Shown piece after piece: positions 9,466-18,689 of a stretch of DNA of 64,000 nt (the stretch's first letter is position 1; every line of letters starts with the position of its first letter). Made by a program: the position numbers and the translations under genes. The stretch is from positions 21,160 to 85,159 of the forward strand of contig JAAFJT010000007.1 of assembly GCA_013298955.1 (NCBI GenBank). Direction: 5' to 3'. The notes under the pieces were generated by a model. It had not been told where the DNA came from and did not search any database. It was given only the letters and a program-made list of their open reading frames with translations. The stretch is from Chitinophagales bacterium (lineage in GTDB: Bacteria > Bacteroidota > Bacteroidia > Chitinophagales > Saprospiraceae).

Positions 9466-10062
9466 CACTTCTAAAATATTTTTATAAATGGGTAATTCAG
9501 GTGTTATAAATGTTTTCACATCCACCCAAATCGCTTGTTCAATATCCTCTTCGGCTTGTGGCGTTAAGGTTGTTTCTTGCGTTTTCATGCTAAACCAGAA
9601 CGTTTCTTTTAAAATACGCTTTTCTTTTTGCTGATAGGTATGATAAGTTGTTTGTATTTGATGGAGCAATTCAATTTGTTGAATGCCCGTTTCTTCCTGC
9701 ACTTCTCGGACGGCGGCATGTTCTACGGATTCGCCTTTATCAATTTTGCCTTTGGGCAAATCCCAAAAATCGCGTCTAAAAATCAATAACGTTTTGCCTT
9801 CTGCATTTTCCACCACTCCACCTGCGGCTCGAATAATTTTATAAATGCTTTTAAAATCTGCCCATAATGCTTCTAAATCCTTGGAATGCAATAAGATATA
9901 ATTCATACCCTGATTTTTTTCCAATTTGTCAATGTACCAAAATAGGCTTTTCTTATCAATGTAAGGCATGACGAGCGATTTGGCTTGATTTTTCCAATCC
10001 ATAGAAACTGCGTCTGTTTGCATCAAATACAAAGGCGTATTGTTAATAAAAATTTTATACAT
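9454..10062 (-). CDS. NUDIX hydrolase
   Basis: Complete Nudix box GKIDKGESVEHAAVREVQEETGI. The last 3 codons and the stop lie inside the right inverted repeat of the repeat island. Confidence 0.85.
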   Translation of the reverse strand: MYKIFINNTPLYLMQTDAVSMDWKNQAKSLVMPYIDKKSLFWYIDKLEKNQGMNYILLHSKDLEALWADFKSIYKIIRAAGGVVENAEGKTLLIFRRDFWDLPKGKIDKGESVEHAAVREVQEETGIQQIELLHQIQTTYHTYQQKEKRILKETFWFSMKTQETTLTPQAEEDIEQAIWVDVKTFITPELPIYKNILEVLNT

Positions 10063-10261
10063 TTTGAATACGTTGTAGTGATTTTAAAAAAAGAATTACA
10101 TTTGCGCGTCCAAAATAAATTGAACACTTCGTTTACACGGATAGCGGAAAACATAGTATTTTTAGTTAAAATGCGAATCGCACCAATGCCCCATGATTTT
10201 CTGCCTAACCGATGCTGAATCGATGTGCAACCGTTTTACCCTGCAATATTAAGCATAATTG

Positions 10262-10885
10262 ATGAAACAATCCAAAGCCATTGCGCGTAAATTATTAGAA
10301 ATTCGTGCAGTTCGTCTGAATCCCAAACAACCCTTCACTTGGGCATCGGGTATTTTATCCCCGATTTACTGCGATAATCGTTTGTTATTATCCCATCCCT
10401 CCATACGTGATTTTACAACAAACGGTTTCGTAGAGTTGGCTGCTCAATTTGACGCATTTGATGTCGTGGCAGGTGTAGCCACTGCGGGCGTTCCACATGG
10501 CGTTTTATTGGCAGACCGTTTGCATAAACCATTCGTGTATGTCCGCGAAAAACCCAAAGCGCATGGTCGGCAAAACCAAATTGAAGGTTTTTTACCTGAA
10601 AATGCCCGCGTTTTGGTGATTGAAGACTTGATTTCGACAGGAGGAAGTAGTTTGAAAGCCGTCGAAGCGTTGAAAGCAGTGGGTGCGCAAGTGGTTGGCA
10701 CTGCCGCCATTTTCACCTATGGTTTTGAACGTGCAACGCAGGCTTTTGAAAAAGCAGATTGTTCATTGAAAACCTTGACGGATTACGATACTTTATTAGA
10801 AGTTGCCGTAGAAATGGGTTATGTGCCATCCGAAGATTTGGCTATTTTGTCAAAATGGCGCGTGTCGCCCGAAAATTGGATGTAA
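10262..10885 (+). CDS. pyrE: orotate phosphoribosyltransferase
   Basis: PRPP-binding loop VLVIEDLISTGGSSL. Type I PRTase length and layout. ATG at 10262, one codon after the track's TTG. Confidence 0.9.
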   Translation: MKQSKAIARKLLEIRAVRLNPKQPFTWASGILSPIYCDNRLLLSHPSIRDFTTNGFVELAAQFDAFDVVAGVATAGVPHGVLLADRLHKPFVYVREKPKAHGRQNQIEGFLPENARVLVIEDLISTGGSSLKAVEALKAVGAQVVGTAAIFTYGFERATQAFEKADCSLKTLTDYDTLLEVAVEMGYVPSEDLAILSKWRVSPENWM

Positions 10886-11040
10886 TTTGAATCATTCCTA
10901 ATTCAAAATGAATGGTTAACAAAACAATTACAAAGTGATTTTGTTAATCATTTTGGTTTTTTGCGATGCTTTTTGTTTAAAAAACATTGCAAAAAACTAA
11001 AATGAACCCATTTCAAAGTTCGTTTATGGTTATTATACTT

Positions 11041-11194
11041 TGGTTTTGGATACAATTGGAACGCGGATGACGCGGATTGAACGGGTGAGCGCGGATTTTT
11101 TTTGAAATTCAGTGCAAAATCCGTGAAAATTCAAAAAAAATCCGTGAAAATTCGCCCAATCCGCGTTATCCGTGTTCCCATTGTATCATCAAAA
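11041..11194. repeat. CGGAT-family palindromic element, copy B (GGATACAATTGG-terminus subtype with an internal extra module)
   Basis: TGGTTTTGGATACAATTGGAACGCGGATGACGCGGATT ... AATCCGCGTTATCCGTGTTCCCATTGTATC. The inner about 100 nt are nearly identical to copy C. Confidence 0.85.
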
Positions 11195-11494
11195 TGATCG
11201 CGTTTAAAGTATACAACAACTAATTGTTGTGAAATTAAAATTTTTATTATAATTTTGCATTGATTTTGATATTACATATAAATTTGTTAGATATTATAAC
11301 CTAATTAACTTATAAGCACTATCAAAACCCCGATATTCAATTTTTTCGACCGAAACAAACGTCCGACTGCTACTAACTATTTCTGGAAGGTTGTTTGCGT
11401 GCATTCAAAATGCCATGAAATCGTCCCGAAAGGGCGAAACTATCTAAAAATAAAACGGATTTAATTTTTCAGCAACGGAATCCATTATTATTAC

Positions 11495-12574
11495 ATGTCC
11501 ATTATTACATCGGCTTCCGAACACTTCTTGGAGCAATATTTAAACAATGCCTCCCCGACGGGTTTTGAGGCTGCTGGTCAGTTAGTGTGGTTAGAATACC
11601 TGCGTCCGTACATTGACGATTTTCAATCGGACAATTATGGTACGGCTTACGCGGTCATCAATCCTGGGAAACCCTATCGGGTGGTGATTGAGGCACACGC
11701 TGACGAAATTTCTTGGTTTGTGAACCATATTTCGGATGATGGTTTCATTGGGGTGATTCGCAATGGTGGTTCAGACCATTTGATTGCGCCCTCGAAACGG
11801 GTGAATATTCACACCCGAAAAGGCTTGGTGCGCGGCGTATTTGGTTGGCCCGCGATTCATGTCAGACAAGGCAAAGATGCCCATTTGACTCCTACGATAG
11901 AAAATATTTTCATCGATGTAGGTGCAAAAAACCGCGAAGAGGTCTTGGCAATGGGCGTACATGTGGGTTGTGTTATCACTTATCCTGATACGTTTGAAGT
12001 TTTAAACAATCGGTTTTATTATGGACGCGCTTTGGACAATCGGATTGGCGGTTTTTGCATTGCAGAAGTCGCTCGGTTGATACGCGAAAATAAAATCGAC
12101 TTGCCTTACACGTTATATATAGTCAATTCCGTACAAGAAGAAGTGGGTTTGCGCGGCGCACAGATGATTGCGGAAACGATTCGACCCCATGTGGCGATTG
12201 TGACGGACGTGACGCATGATACGCATACACCTTTGATGTCTGCAAAAGTACAAGGGGATGTGCGTTGTGGACGGGGTCCGAGTTTGACTTATGCACCTTC
12301 TGTGCATAACAATTTGTTGAATTTGGTTATTGATACCGCAGAAGCGCAAAAGATTCCTTTTCAACGGCAAGCTGCCAGTCGCACGACTGGAACGGATACG
12401 GATTCTTTTGCATACGCTTGTGGCGGGATTCCATCGGTTTTGATTTCGTTACCGTTGCGCTATATGCATACGACGGTTGAAATGGCTCATAAAGAAGATG
12501 TTGTAAATGTGATTCGTTTGATATACGAGACCTTATTGCAAATCAAAGATGGTCATAATTTTAAATATTTTTAG
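11495..12574 (+). CDS. M42 family metallopeptidase (glutamyl aminopeptidase / FrvX-like)
   Basis: AHADEISWFV, RALDNRIGG and SVQEEVGLRGA match the M42 metal-ligand motifs. Confidence 0.85.
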   Translation: MSIITSASEHFLEQYLNNASPTGFEAAGQLVWLEYLRPYIDDFQSDNYGTAYAVINPGKPYRVVIEAHADEISWFVNHISDDGFIGVIRNGGSDHLIAPSKRVNIHTRKGLVRGVFGWPAIHVRQGKDAHLTPTIENIFIDVGAKNREEVLAMGVHVGCVITYPDTFEVLNNRFYYGRALDNRIGGFCIAEVARLIRENKIDLPYTLYIVNSVQEEVGLRGAQMIAETIRPHVAIVTDVTHDTHTPLMSAKVQGDVRCGRGPSLTYAPSVHNNLLNLVIDTAEAQKIPFQRQAASRTTGTDTDSFAYACGGIPSVLISLPLRYMHTTVEMAHKEDVVNVIRLIYETLLQIKDGHNFKYF

Positions 12575-12610
12575 CATTAAAGGCATAAAACTTGCGTCAG
12601 CAATTTCTGC

Positions 12611-12746
12611 TTTGTAGATTTTTGAAATAGGATGCGTATGATTGGAAGGATAAAAAGGATCTTTTGAGTTAAAATTTACGCTTTTCAACTGAAAAGTTCC
12701 TCAAAATCCTTCAAATCATAAGCATCTTATTTCAAAAATTTCCAAA
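12611..12746. repeat. long imperfect inverted repeat (36/41 nt) with an inner hairpin; possible AT-decayed relative of the CGGAT family
   Basis: 12611-12651 versus the reverse complement of 12706-12746. The left arm reads aaataGGAT gcgtatGAT tggaaGGAT aaaaaGGAT, four GGAT units at 9-nt spacing. It lies between convergent genes. Confidence 0.6.
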
Positions 12747-12771
12747 GTGGAATTACTAATGCTAAAAATAC

Positions 12772-14253
12772 TTATTCTTTGCGTTTTGAAATCAAAAACA
12801 AACCGATAAAGGTCAATAAGCCATTCAAAATCAATAATTCAAAACTAAATTTATAGCCATTGAACCATTTTTGCGAATTTTCATTGATAATATAACACAA
12901 AATCGGTGATAAAATACAAACATAAGGCGCAAATCGGTCATGAATTGGATATTTAGTCAAAAACCCAAAAGCAAAAAGTCCCAATAAAGGTCCGTAAGTG
13001 TAACCTGCCACTTTATAAATCGCTTCGATTACCGCATCATTATTGATAAAATAGAACAATAAAATAATGAAAAATAATAATGCCGAAAAACCTAAATGTA
13101 CCAAAGTTCTCGTGCGATTAGAATGGGGGTCATCCTTTTCCTTTTTCTGAAAACCCAGAAAATCAATGCAAAACGCAGTCGTCAACGAAGTGAGCGCGGA
13201 ATCGGCACTCGCATACGTAGAGGCAATAATCCCTAACATAAACATTACGCCAATTGGAATCGATGAATGATGTAAAGCAATTGTTGGAAATAGTAAATCG
13301 GTACGCGGTTTTCCATTCACCACAGGAATTTCAATACCATTTTTTTTAGCATACATAAATAACAGAATACCAAGTGTTAAGAACAACAAATTGATAAATG
13401 CTAATAACGTACCGTAACTAATCATATTGATTTGCGCTCCTTTCAGGGTTTTAACCGTCAAGTTTTTTTGCATAATATCTTGGTCAAGACCTGACATAAC
13501 AATACAAATACTTACGCCAGATAGAAATTGTTTGAAAAAGTTTTTCGGGTCTGACCAACCATTTTCAAAAAATAAAATTTGTGATTTTGGACTATCCGAA
13601 ACGGTCGAAATGATGCCACTAAGGTCTAAATCCAATCGACTGCCCAACATATAGAGCGTCATGACCAATGCGCCAATCAAAAATAGGGTTTGAATCAAGT
13701 CTGTCCAAATAATCGTTTTCACACCGCCTTTGAAGGTGTAACTCCAAATCAAGGCAATCGTCACCAAAACGGTCACCCAAAACGGGATGCCCAAAGGACT
13801 TGTCACAAAGGTATGCAGCACCATTGCCGCCAAATAAAGCCGAAAACCAGACCCAATCGTGCGCGAAATGAGGAAAAAAGCAGACCCAGTTTTATAAGCA
13901 TGAACGCCAAATCGTTGTTCGAGGTATGTATAAATTGAAACTAAATTTAATTTATAATACATTGGTAGTAAAACAAATGCAATAACTAAGTAGCCTACCC
14001 AAAAACCAAAAACGGTTTGCATATACGACATCGAATTGCTTTCCACCCACCCCGGAACGGAAATAAACGTTACGCCCGAAATCGACGTACCAATCATGCC
14101 AATCGCTATCAGATACCAAGGCGATTTTTTATTGGCAAGGAAAAAAGAGTGATTATCGCTATTTTTGGAGGTAAGAAAGGCAATGCCTATCAAGCCCAAA
14201 AAATAAATCACGATTAAGACCATTATAGCGGTCGGAGACAATTGTGAGACCAT
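12772..14253 (-). CDS. sodium:solute symporter family transporter
   Basis: About 13 hydrophobic segments. FKGGVKTIIWTDLIQT is SSF signature-like. Confidence 0.8.
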   Translation of the reverse strand: MVSQLSPTAIMVLIVIYFLGLIGIAFLTSKNSDNHSFFLANKKSPWYLIAIGMIGTSISGVTFISVPGWVESNSMSYMQTVFGFWVGYLVIAFVLLPMYYKLNLVSIYTYLEQRFGVHAYKTGSAFFLISRTIGSGFRLYLAAMVLHTFVTSPLGIPFWVTVLVTIALIWSYTFKGGVKTIIWTDLIQTLFLIGALVMTLYMLGSRLDLDLSGIISTVSDSPKSQILFFENGWSDPKNFFKQFLSGVSICIVMSGLDQDIMQKNLTVKTLKGAQINMISYGTLLAFINLLFLTLGILLFMYAKKNGIEIPVVNGKPRTDLLFPTIALHHSSIPIGVMFMLGIIASTYASADSALTSLTTAFCIDFLGFQKKEKDDPHSNRTRTLVHLGFSALLFFIILLFYFINNDAVIEAIYKVAGYTYGPLLGLFAFGFLTKYPIHDRFAPYVCILSPILCYIINENSQKWFNGYKFSFELLILNGLLTFIGLFLISKRKE

Positions 14254-14327
14254 GAATCAATGATTTTTGTTCTGATTTTCAGAATTTTTGTGCAAGATAG
14301 GACATGATTTTGAATTGTGGGTCAGCC

Positions 14328-14373
14328 TTTTAAAAGAAAAACCTTTCAAGTAAACAAATACTCGAAAGGTTTT
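14328..14373 (-). terminator. intrinsic terminator candidate after the GH3 gene
   Basis: On the minus strand, AAAACCTTTC-gagtatttgtttactt-GAAAGGTTTT is followed by TCTTTTAAAA. Confidence 0.5.
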
Positions 14374-14394
14374 GATAAAAGATATATTCAAACA

Positions 14395-16577
14395 TTATTT
14401 CCTTAATTCCATAATTGGTGCGGTTGGTACTAATGATTTACTTTCTTTTTCAACCATTCGTTCTTTTTCTAAGGAAAAAGTACCTGTTTGTTGGATTTTT
14501 TGAGAAGATGAACCTATTTTAATCCCATATTTGCCCGCTTCTGCTATCCAAGCAGATTGTTTTTCATCAAAAGAAGTCAAACTTTTAGCATCTAACACGA
14601 GCGTAATCGTTTGAGTTTGATTGGGTTGTAACAAACTTGTTTTGGCAAAACCGCGCAATTCTTGTGCAGGTTTTACTAAATTTTTACTCGGTGCTGTTAG
14701 GTACAATTGAACCACTTCTTTACCTGCAACCGTTCCTGTATTGGTTACGTCCACCGTAACTGTTAATTGATTGCCAAATTTTTTATCACTTAATTTTAAA
14801 TTTTTAAAATTAAAAGTGGTATAAGATTGTCCATAACCAAATTCATACGCCACTGGCACGGCAAAACTTTCGTAATACCGATAGCCCACATAAATTCCTT
14901 CTTTATATATAACTTCTGTCGGTTTTTCTTTGGGCGTACCCGGAAAATTGTTGGCGGACGGCACATGACCATAATCTTTTGGAAAAGTCGTAGCCAATTT
15001 GCCTGATGGATTTACTTTGCCTGTCAACACGTCCGCAATCGAATTGCCTGATTCCTGACCTGCTTGCCAAGCCAATAAAATCGCATCTGGATACATTGAC
15101 CAACTATTTGTTTCAATAACGCCACCAATATTTAATAAGACCACCACTTTTTTACCTTTGGCATGAAATATTTCTGAAACGTTTTTAATTAAATCCTTTT
15201 CCGTTGCTGTTAAATAATAATCGGCTTCTAATTTTCTATCTAAAAATTCACCAGAATTGCGACCAATCGTAAGTACAGCAACCTCATTTGCCTCTGCTGC
15301 AATAACGATTTTGCTTAAATCCAACTCATATTCTGGAATCACAGGGTCTGGTTCAAAAAACATTTTTTTCTTCGGAAATGCTTTCGTCGCTTTATCAATA
15401 TAAGGTTCGTATAAATCTTTTAAAGTATTGTCAATCAATAAATTAGCATTTGAAAATCCTTGCACCATTGAAACGGTATAAGCCTCATTTACGTCTCCGC
15501 TACCTGTTCCACCCGTAATCATGTTATAAGAAGTATTGCCAAACAGCGCGATTTTTTGCAATTTAGGAGAAAAAGGCAATGTTTTTTGCTCATTTTTCAA
15601 CAAAACCATTCCTTCACTGGCGGCAGCACGAGCGATTTGAGCATGACTTTTTAAATCAGGTTGATTGGAAAACGCGTATTTTTGGAAAGTTGGCGTTTTT
15701 AACAAAATGTTTAAAATGTGTTCCACATTGTTATCCAAAACGTCCATACTTAATTGACCCGAAGCGACGGCTTCTGCCAATTTTTTAAGTTGAGACGGCG
15801 TACCGGGCATCAATAAATCATTGCCAGCCTTCATTTGTTCGACAGGATTTTTGCCGCCAAACCAATCGGTCATCACAAAACCTTGAAAACCCCAATCTTT
15901 ACGCAAAATGTTGGTTAATAAATCAACACTTTCCGAAGCCATCGTCCCATTAATTTTGTTATAAGAACTCATCACCGTCCATGGATTGGATGATTGCACC
16001 GCTATTTTGAATCCTTGCAAATAAATTTCGCGCATCGTCCGTTCCGTGACGAGCGTATTGATGGTGCTGCGTTCCGTTTCTTGATTATTTGCCGCAAAAT
16101 GTTTGATAGAAACGCCAACGCCATTCGATTGAACGCCATTGACCATCGCCGCCGTGATTTTTCCAGTCACCAATGGGTCTTCTGAGTAATATTCAAAATT
16201 GCGTCCGCCGAGTGGATTCCGATGAATGTTCATACCCGGAGCCAATAAAATATCAACGCCGTATTCATGAACCTCATTGCCAATCGCCGCGCCCACTTTT
16301 TGAACCAACGCCGTATCCCAAGAAGATGCCAACAAAGTTGCCACTGGAAAAGCCGTACAATAGAACGTATGAGTAGAATCATTCTTGCGTTTTGGGCTGA
16401 TTCTCAACCCCGCAGGGCCATCTGCAACCACCATCGCAGGAATACCCAGTCGCGGAATCTCCGATAAAGTGCCTGCTGCACCAGCCACTTTCCCAATTGG
16501 GGTAGGGGAGTGGCTTCTTGCGCAAATCCTGTGAGGCTGCTCAAAAGCGTAGCCGTAAAGACTGTTAAATTTTTCAT
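14395..16577 (-). CDS. glycoside hydrolase family 3 beta-glucosidase; apparent frameshift separates the signal peptide from the body
   Basis: GAAGTLSEIPRLGIPAMVVADGPAGLRI, MTDWFG, and a Fn3-like C-terminal domain. The long frame has only a TTG start (16635) and no signal peptide. ATG 16577 in another frame encodes MKNLTVFTATLLSSLTGFAQ. Confidence 0.8.
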
Positions 16578-16615
16578 TGCTTTTAAAATCAAACAAATAG
16601 GTATGGAAAAACTTT

Positions 16616-16636
16616 ATTGTATCAAAATGATACAAT
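16616..16636. promoter_or_regulatory. perfect 9-3-9 palindrome, candidate operator in the divergent GH3 / Nudix-regulator intergenic region
   Basis: ATTGTATCA-aaa-TGATACAAT. Confidence 0.4.
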
Positions 16637-16673
16637 AGTACGAATCATTTTATTACGAACCAAATATTTAACG

Positions 16674-16681
16674 TATTTTTG
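16674..16681 (+). promoter_or_regulatory. Bacteroidota-type -7 promoter box (TAnnTTTG)
   Basis: TATTTTTG lies 21 nt upstream of ATG 16702. Confidence 0.4.
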
Positions 16682-16701
16682 CAAAAAAATATCAAAAAAG
16701 G

Positions 16702-17424
16702 ATGCAAAATAAGATAGATTTGACCATTTTTCGACATGGAACGGGTTTATTGCCCTCTGTTTCAGTAGATTGTGTTATTTTTGGTTTCCATGATAGTCAA
16801 TTAAAAGTGTTGTTGTTGCAACCCAAAGGAAGTTGTAACAAGATGCTTCCGGGTGGATTTGTGCAACTTTCGGAAAGTCTTAATGAGGCAGCACAGCGGG
16901 TTTTGCAGGAACGGGCAGGTGTAAAAGAGATTTATTTGGAACAATTTTATACTTTTGGCGCACCCAATCGAACCGATGACACCATTCATAAACGATATTT
17001 CAATACAATTCCTATTGATTTAGATGAAAATGATTGGATATTAAAACGATTTGTGTCAATTGGGTATTACGCTTTGACGGATTTTACGAAAGTAAAACCA
17101 ACCCCTGATGTCTTATCCGATAGTTGTGATTGGTATGATGTTTATCAATTATCTGAATTGGCTTTTGACCATCAGGAAATGGTGGAGCGTGCTTTGAAAA
17201 CATTGCGTTCTAAATTGGATAGCGATTTAGTGGGTTTTAATTTATTGCCTGAAGTTTTCACGATGCAGGATTTGCAAAATTTGTATGAAACGATTTTAAA
17301 TGAGGCGTTATTACGTACCAATTTTCAACGTAAAATATTGAATTTGAATATTTTAGAACGGTTGGAAAAGAAAATGACAGGTGCAGCTAACAAAGCACCT
17401 TATTTGTATAAATTTAAAAAATAA
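16702..17424 (+). CDS. Nudix-related transcriptional regulator (NrtR-like: degenerate Nudix domain plus C-terminal winged-helix domain)
   Basis: The Nudix box is degenerate (GGFVQLSESLNEAAQRVLQERAGV lacks the REuxEE glutamates). There is a C-terminal domain of about 90 aa. The gene is divergent from the GH3 and symporter genes. Confidence 0.65.
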   Translation: MQNKIDLTIFRHGTGLLPSVSVDCVIFGFHDSQLKVLLLQPKGSCNKMLPGGFVQLSESLNEAAQRVLQERAGVKEIYLEQFYTFGAPNRTDDTIHKRYFNTIPIDLDENDWILKRFVSIGYYALTDFTKVKPTPDVLSDSCDWYDVYQLSELAFDHQEMVERALKTLRSKLDSDLVGFNLLPEVFTMQDLQNLYETILNEALLRTNFQRKILNLNILERLEKKMTGAANKAPYLYKFKK

Positions 17425-17813
17425 TTTCATATCATTGGAATCCGAAATCCGCCGCCGAAAAAATGGCTTCTCCGTGAATCATGCCAAAACATTTAACATA
17501 TCCGGCTTCACCGTATAATGTAAACGACCGCTTCCTAAATGGTATTCAAATGCTAAAAAAATGTTTACACTTGTTTTTTATTAAAAATCTTTACAAAGAT
17601 AGGTTTTTGGGAGCAAAAAAGAAAGTTTTTTGAAAAAAATACCAAAAATCAGTCACGAATGTAGCGATTAGGCAAGCGCAATGGATCATTCAATTGAAAT
17701 GGACAACAGATTAATTAAATAACTTCAAATTTTTATAACTTCGCCCATTATTGACGCTTCATGGCGCAATGATGAGTGATTTTTATTTTTAAACCATTGA
17801 TAATCAATTTTTT

Positions 17814-18440
17814 ATGGAATCAATACTATCCTATTTTCCTAATTTAACAGATTTGCAAAAACAACAATTTGAAGCGTTGATGCCGCTTTATACGGATTGG
17901 AATGCAAAAATTAATGTCATTTCGCGCAAGGATATGGATAATTTGTATTTGCATCACGTATTACATTCATTGGCGATTGCCAAATACGTCCCTTTTCGAG
18001 ACGGGGCGGCGATTTTGGACTTGGGAACAGGCGGCGGATTTCCGGGCATTCCGTTGGCGATTTTGTATCCGAATGTAAAATTTGTTTTGACTGACAGTAT
18101 TGCCAAGAAAATTAAGGTGGTACAAGAGGTTTCAACCGCGCTCGAATTGAAAAACGTGACTGCTTTGGCGGTGCGCTCTGAGGAAGTAAAAGAAAAATTT
18201 GACTTCGTGGTGACGCGGGCGGTTGCTACCTATGATAAATTAGCGTTATGGAGTTTGAAGTCGTTGAAAAGAAAGCAGCAACATGGGATTCCAAACGGCA
18301 TTATCGCACTCAAAGGCGGAAATGTGCGCGAAGAATTTAAATTGATTACAGGAAAACCCTATTTTGAATTGATACCAATTCAAACATGGTTTAAAGAAGC
18401 CTATTTTGAGGAGAAATTGGTTGCCTACCTGCAAGGGTAG
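17814..18440 (+). CDS. rsmG: 16S rRNA (guanine527-N7)-methyltransferase
   Basis: SAM motif ILDLGTGGGFPGIPLAI. GidB length and layout. Confidence 0.9.
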   Translation: MESILSYFPNLTDLQKQQFEALMPLYTDWNAKINVISRKDMDNLYLHHVLHSLAIAKYVPFRDGAAILDLGTGGGFPGIPLAILYPNVKFVLTDSIAKKIKVVQEVSTALELKNVTALAVRSEEVKEKFDFVVTRAVATYDKLALWSLKSLKRKQQHGIPNGIIALKGGNVREEFKLITGKPYFELIPIQTWFKEAYFEEKLVAYLQG

Positions 18441-18689
18441 TTTGAGATACAAAACACTTTTTATGAATATTTAAAATTCTGTCAATAAGCGACTAATATA
18501 TTTTTGTGTATATTTTTTTTGATAAATAGGTTAAAAATATTATTTGTTAAAATCGCATTTTTGCCATAAATAAATAAATAAAAATATTTTTTTGCAAAAT
18601 AATTTGCGGAATTAGTCAAGATGTATGTACCTTCGTGCAGGGATTTATCCCTGTATTGAACCCTATTTTATCATAAAATTCATACTACC

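Noticed and set aside
17430-17545. Minus-strand reading frame ending ..FTLYGEAGYVKCFGMIHGEAIFSAADFGFQ-stop, reminiscent of an outer-membrane beta-barrel C-terminus
   Set aside because: Only about 35 codons are open before an upstream in-frame stop and there is no start codon. It could be a gene remnant, but the evidence is too thin to annotate.
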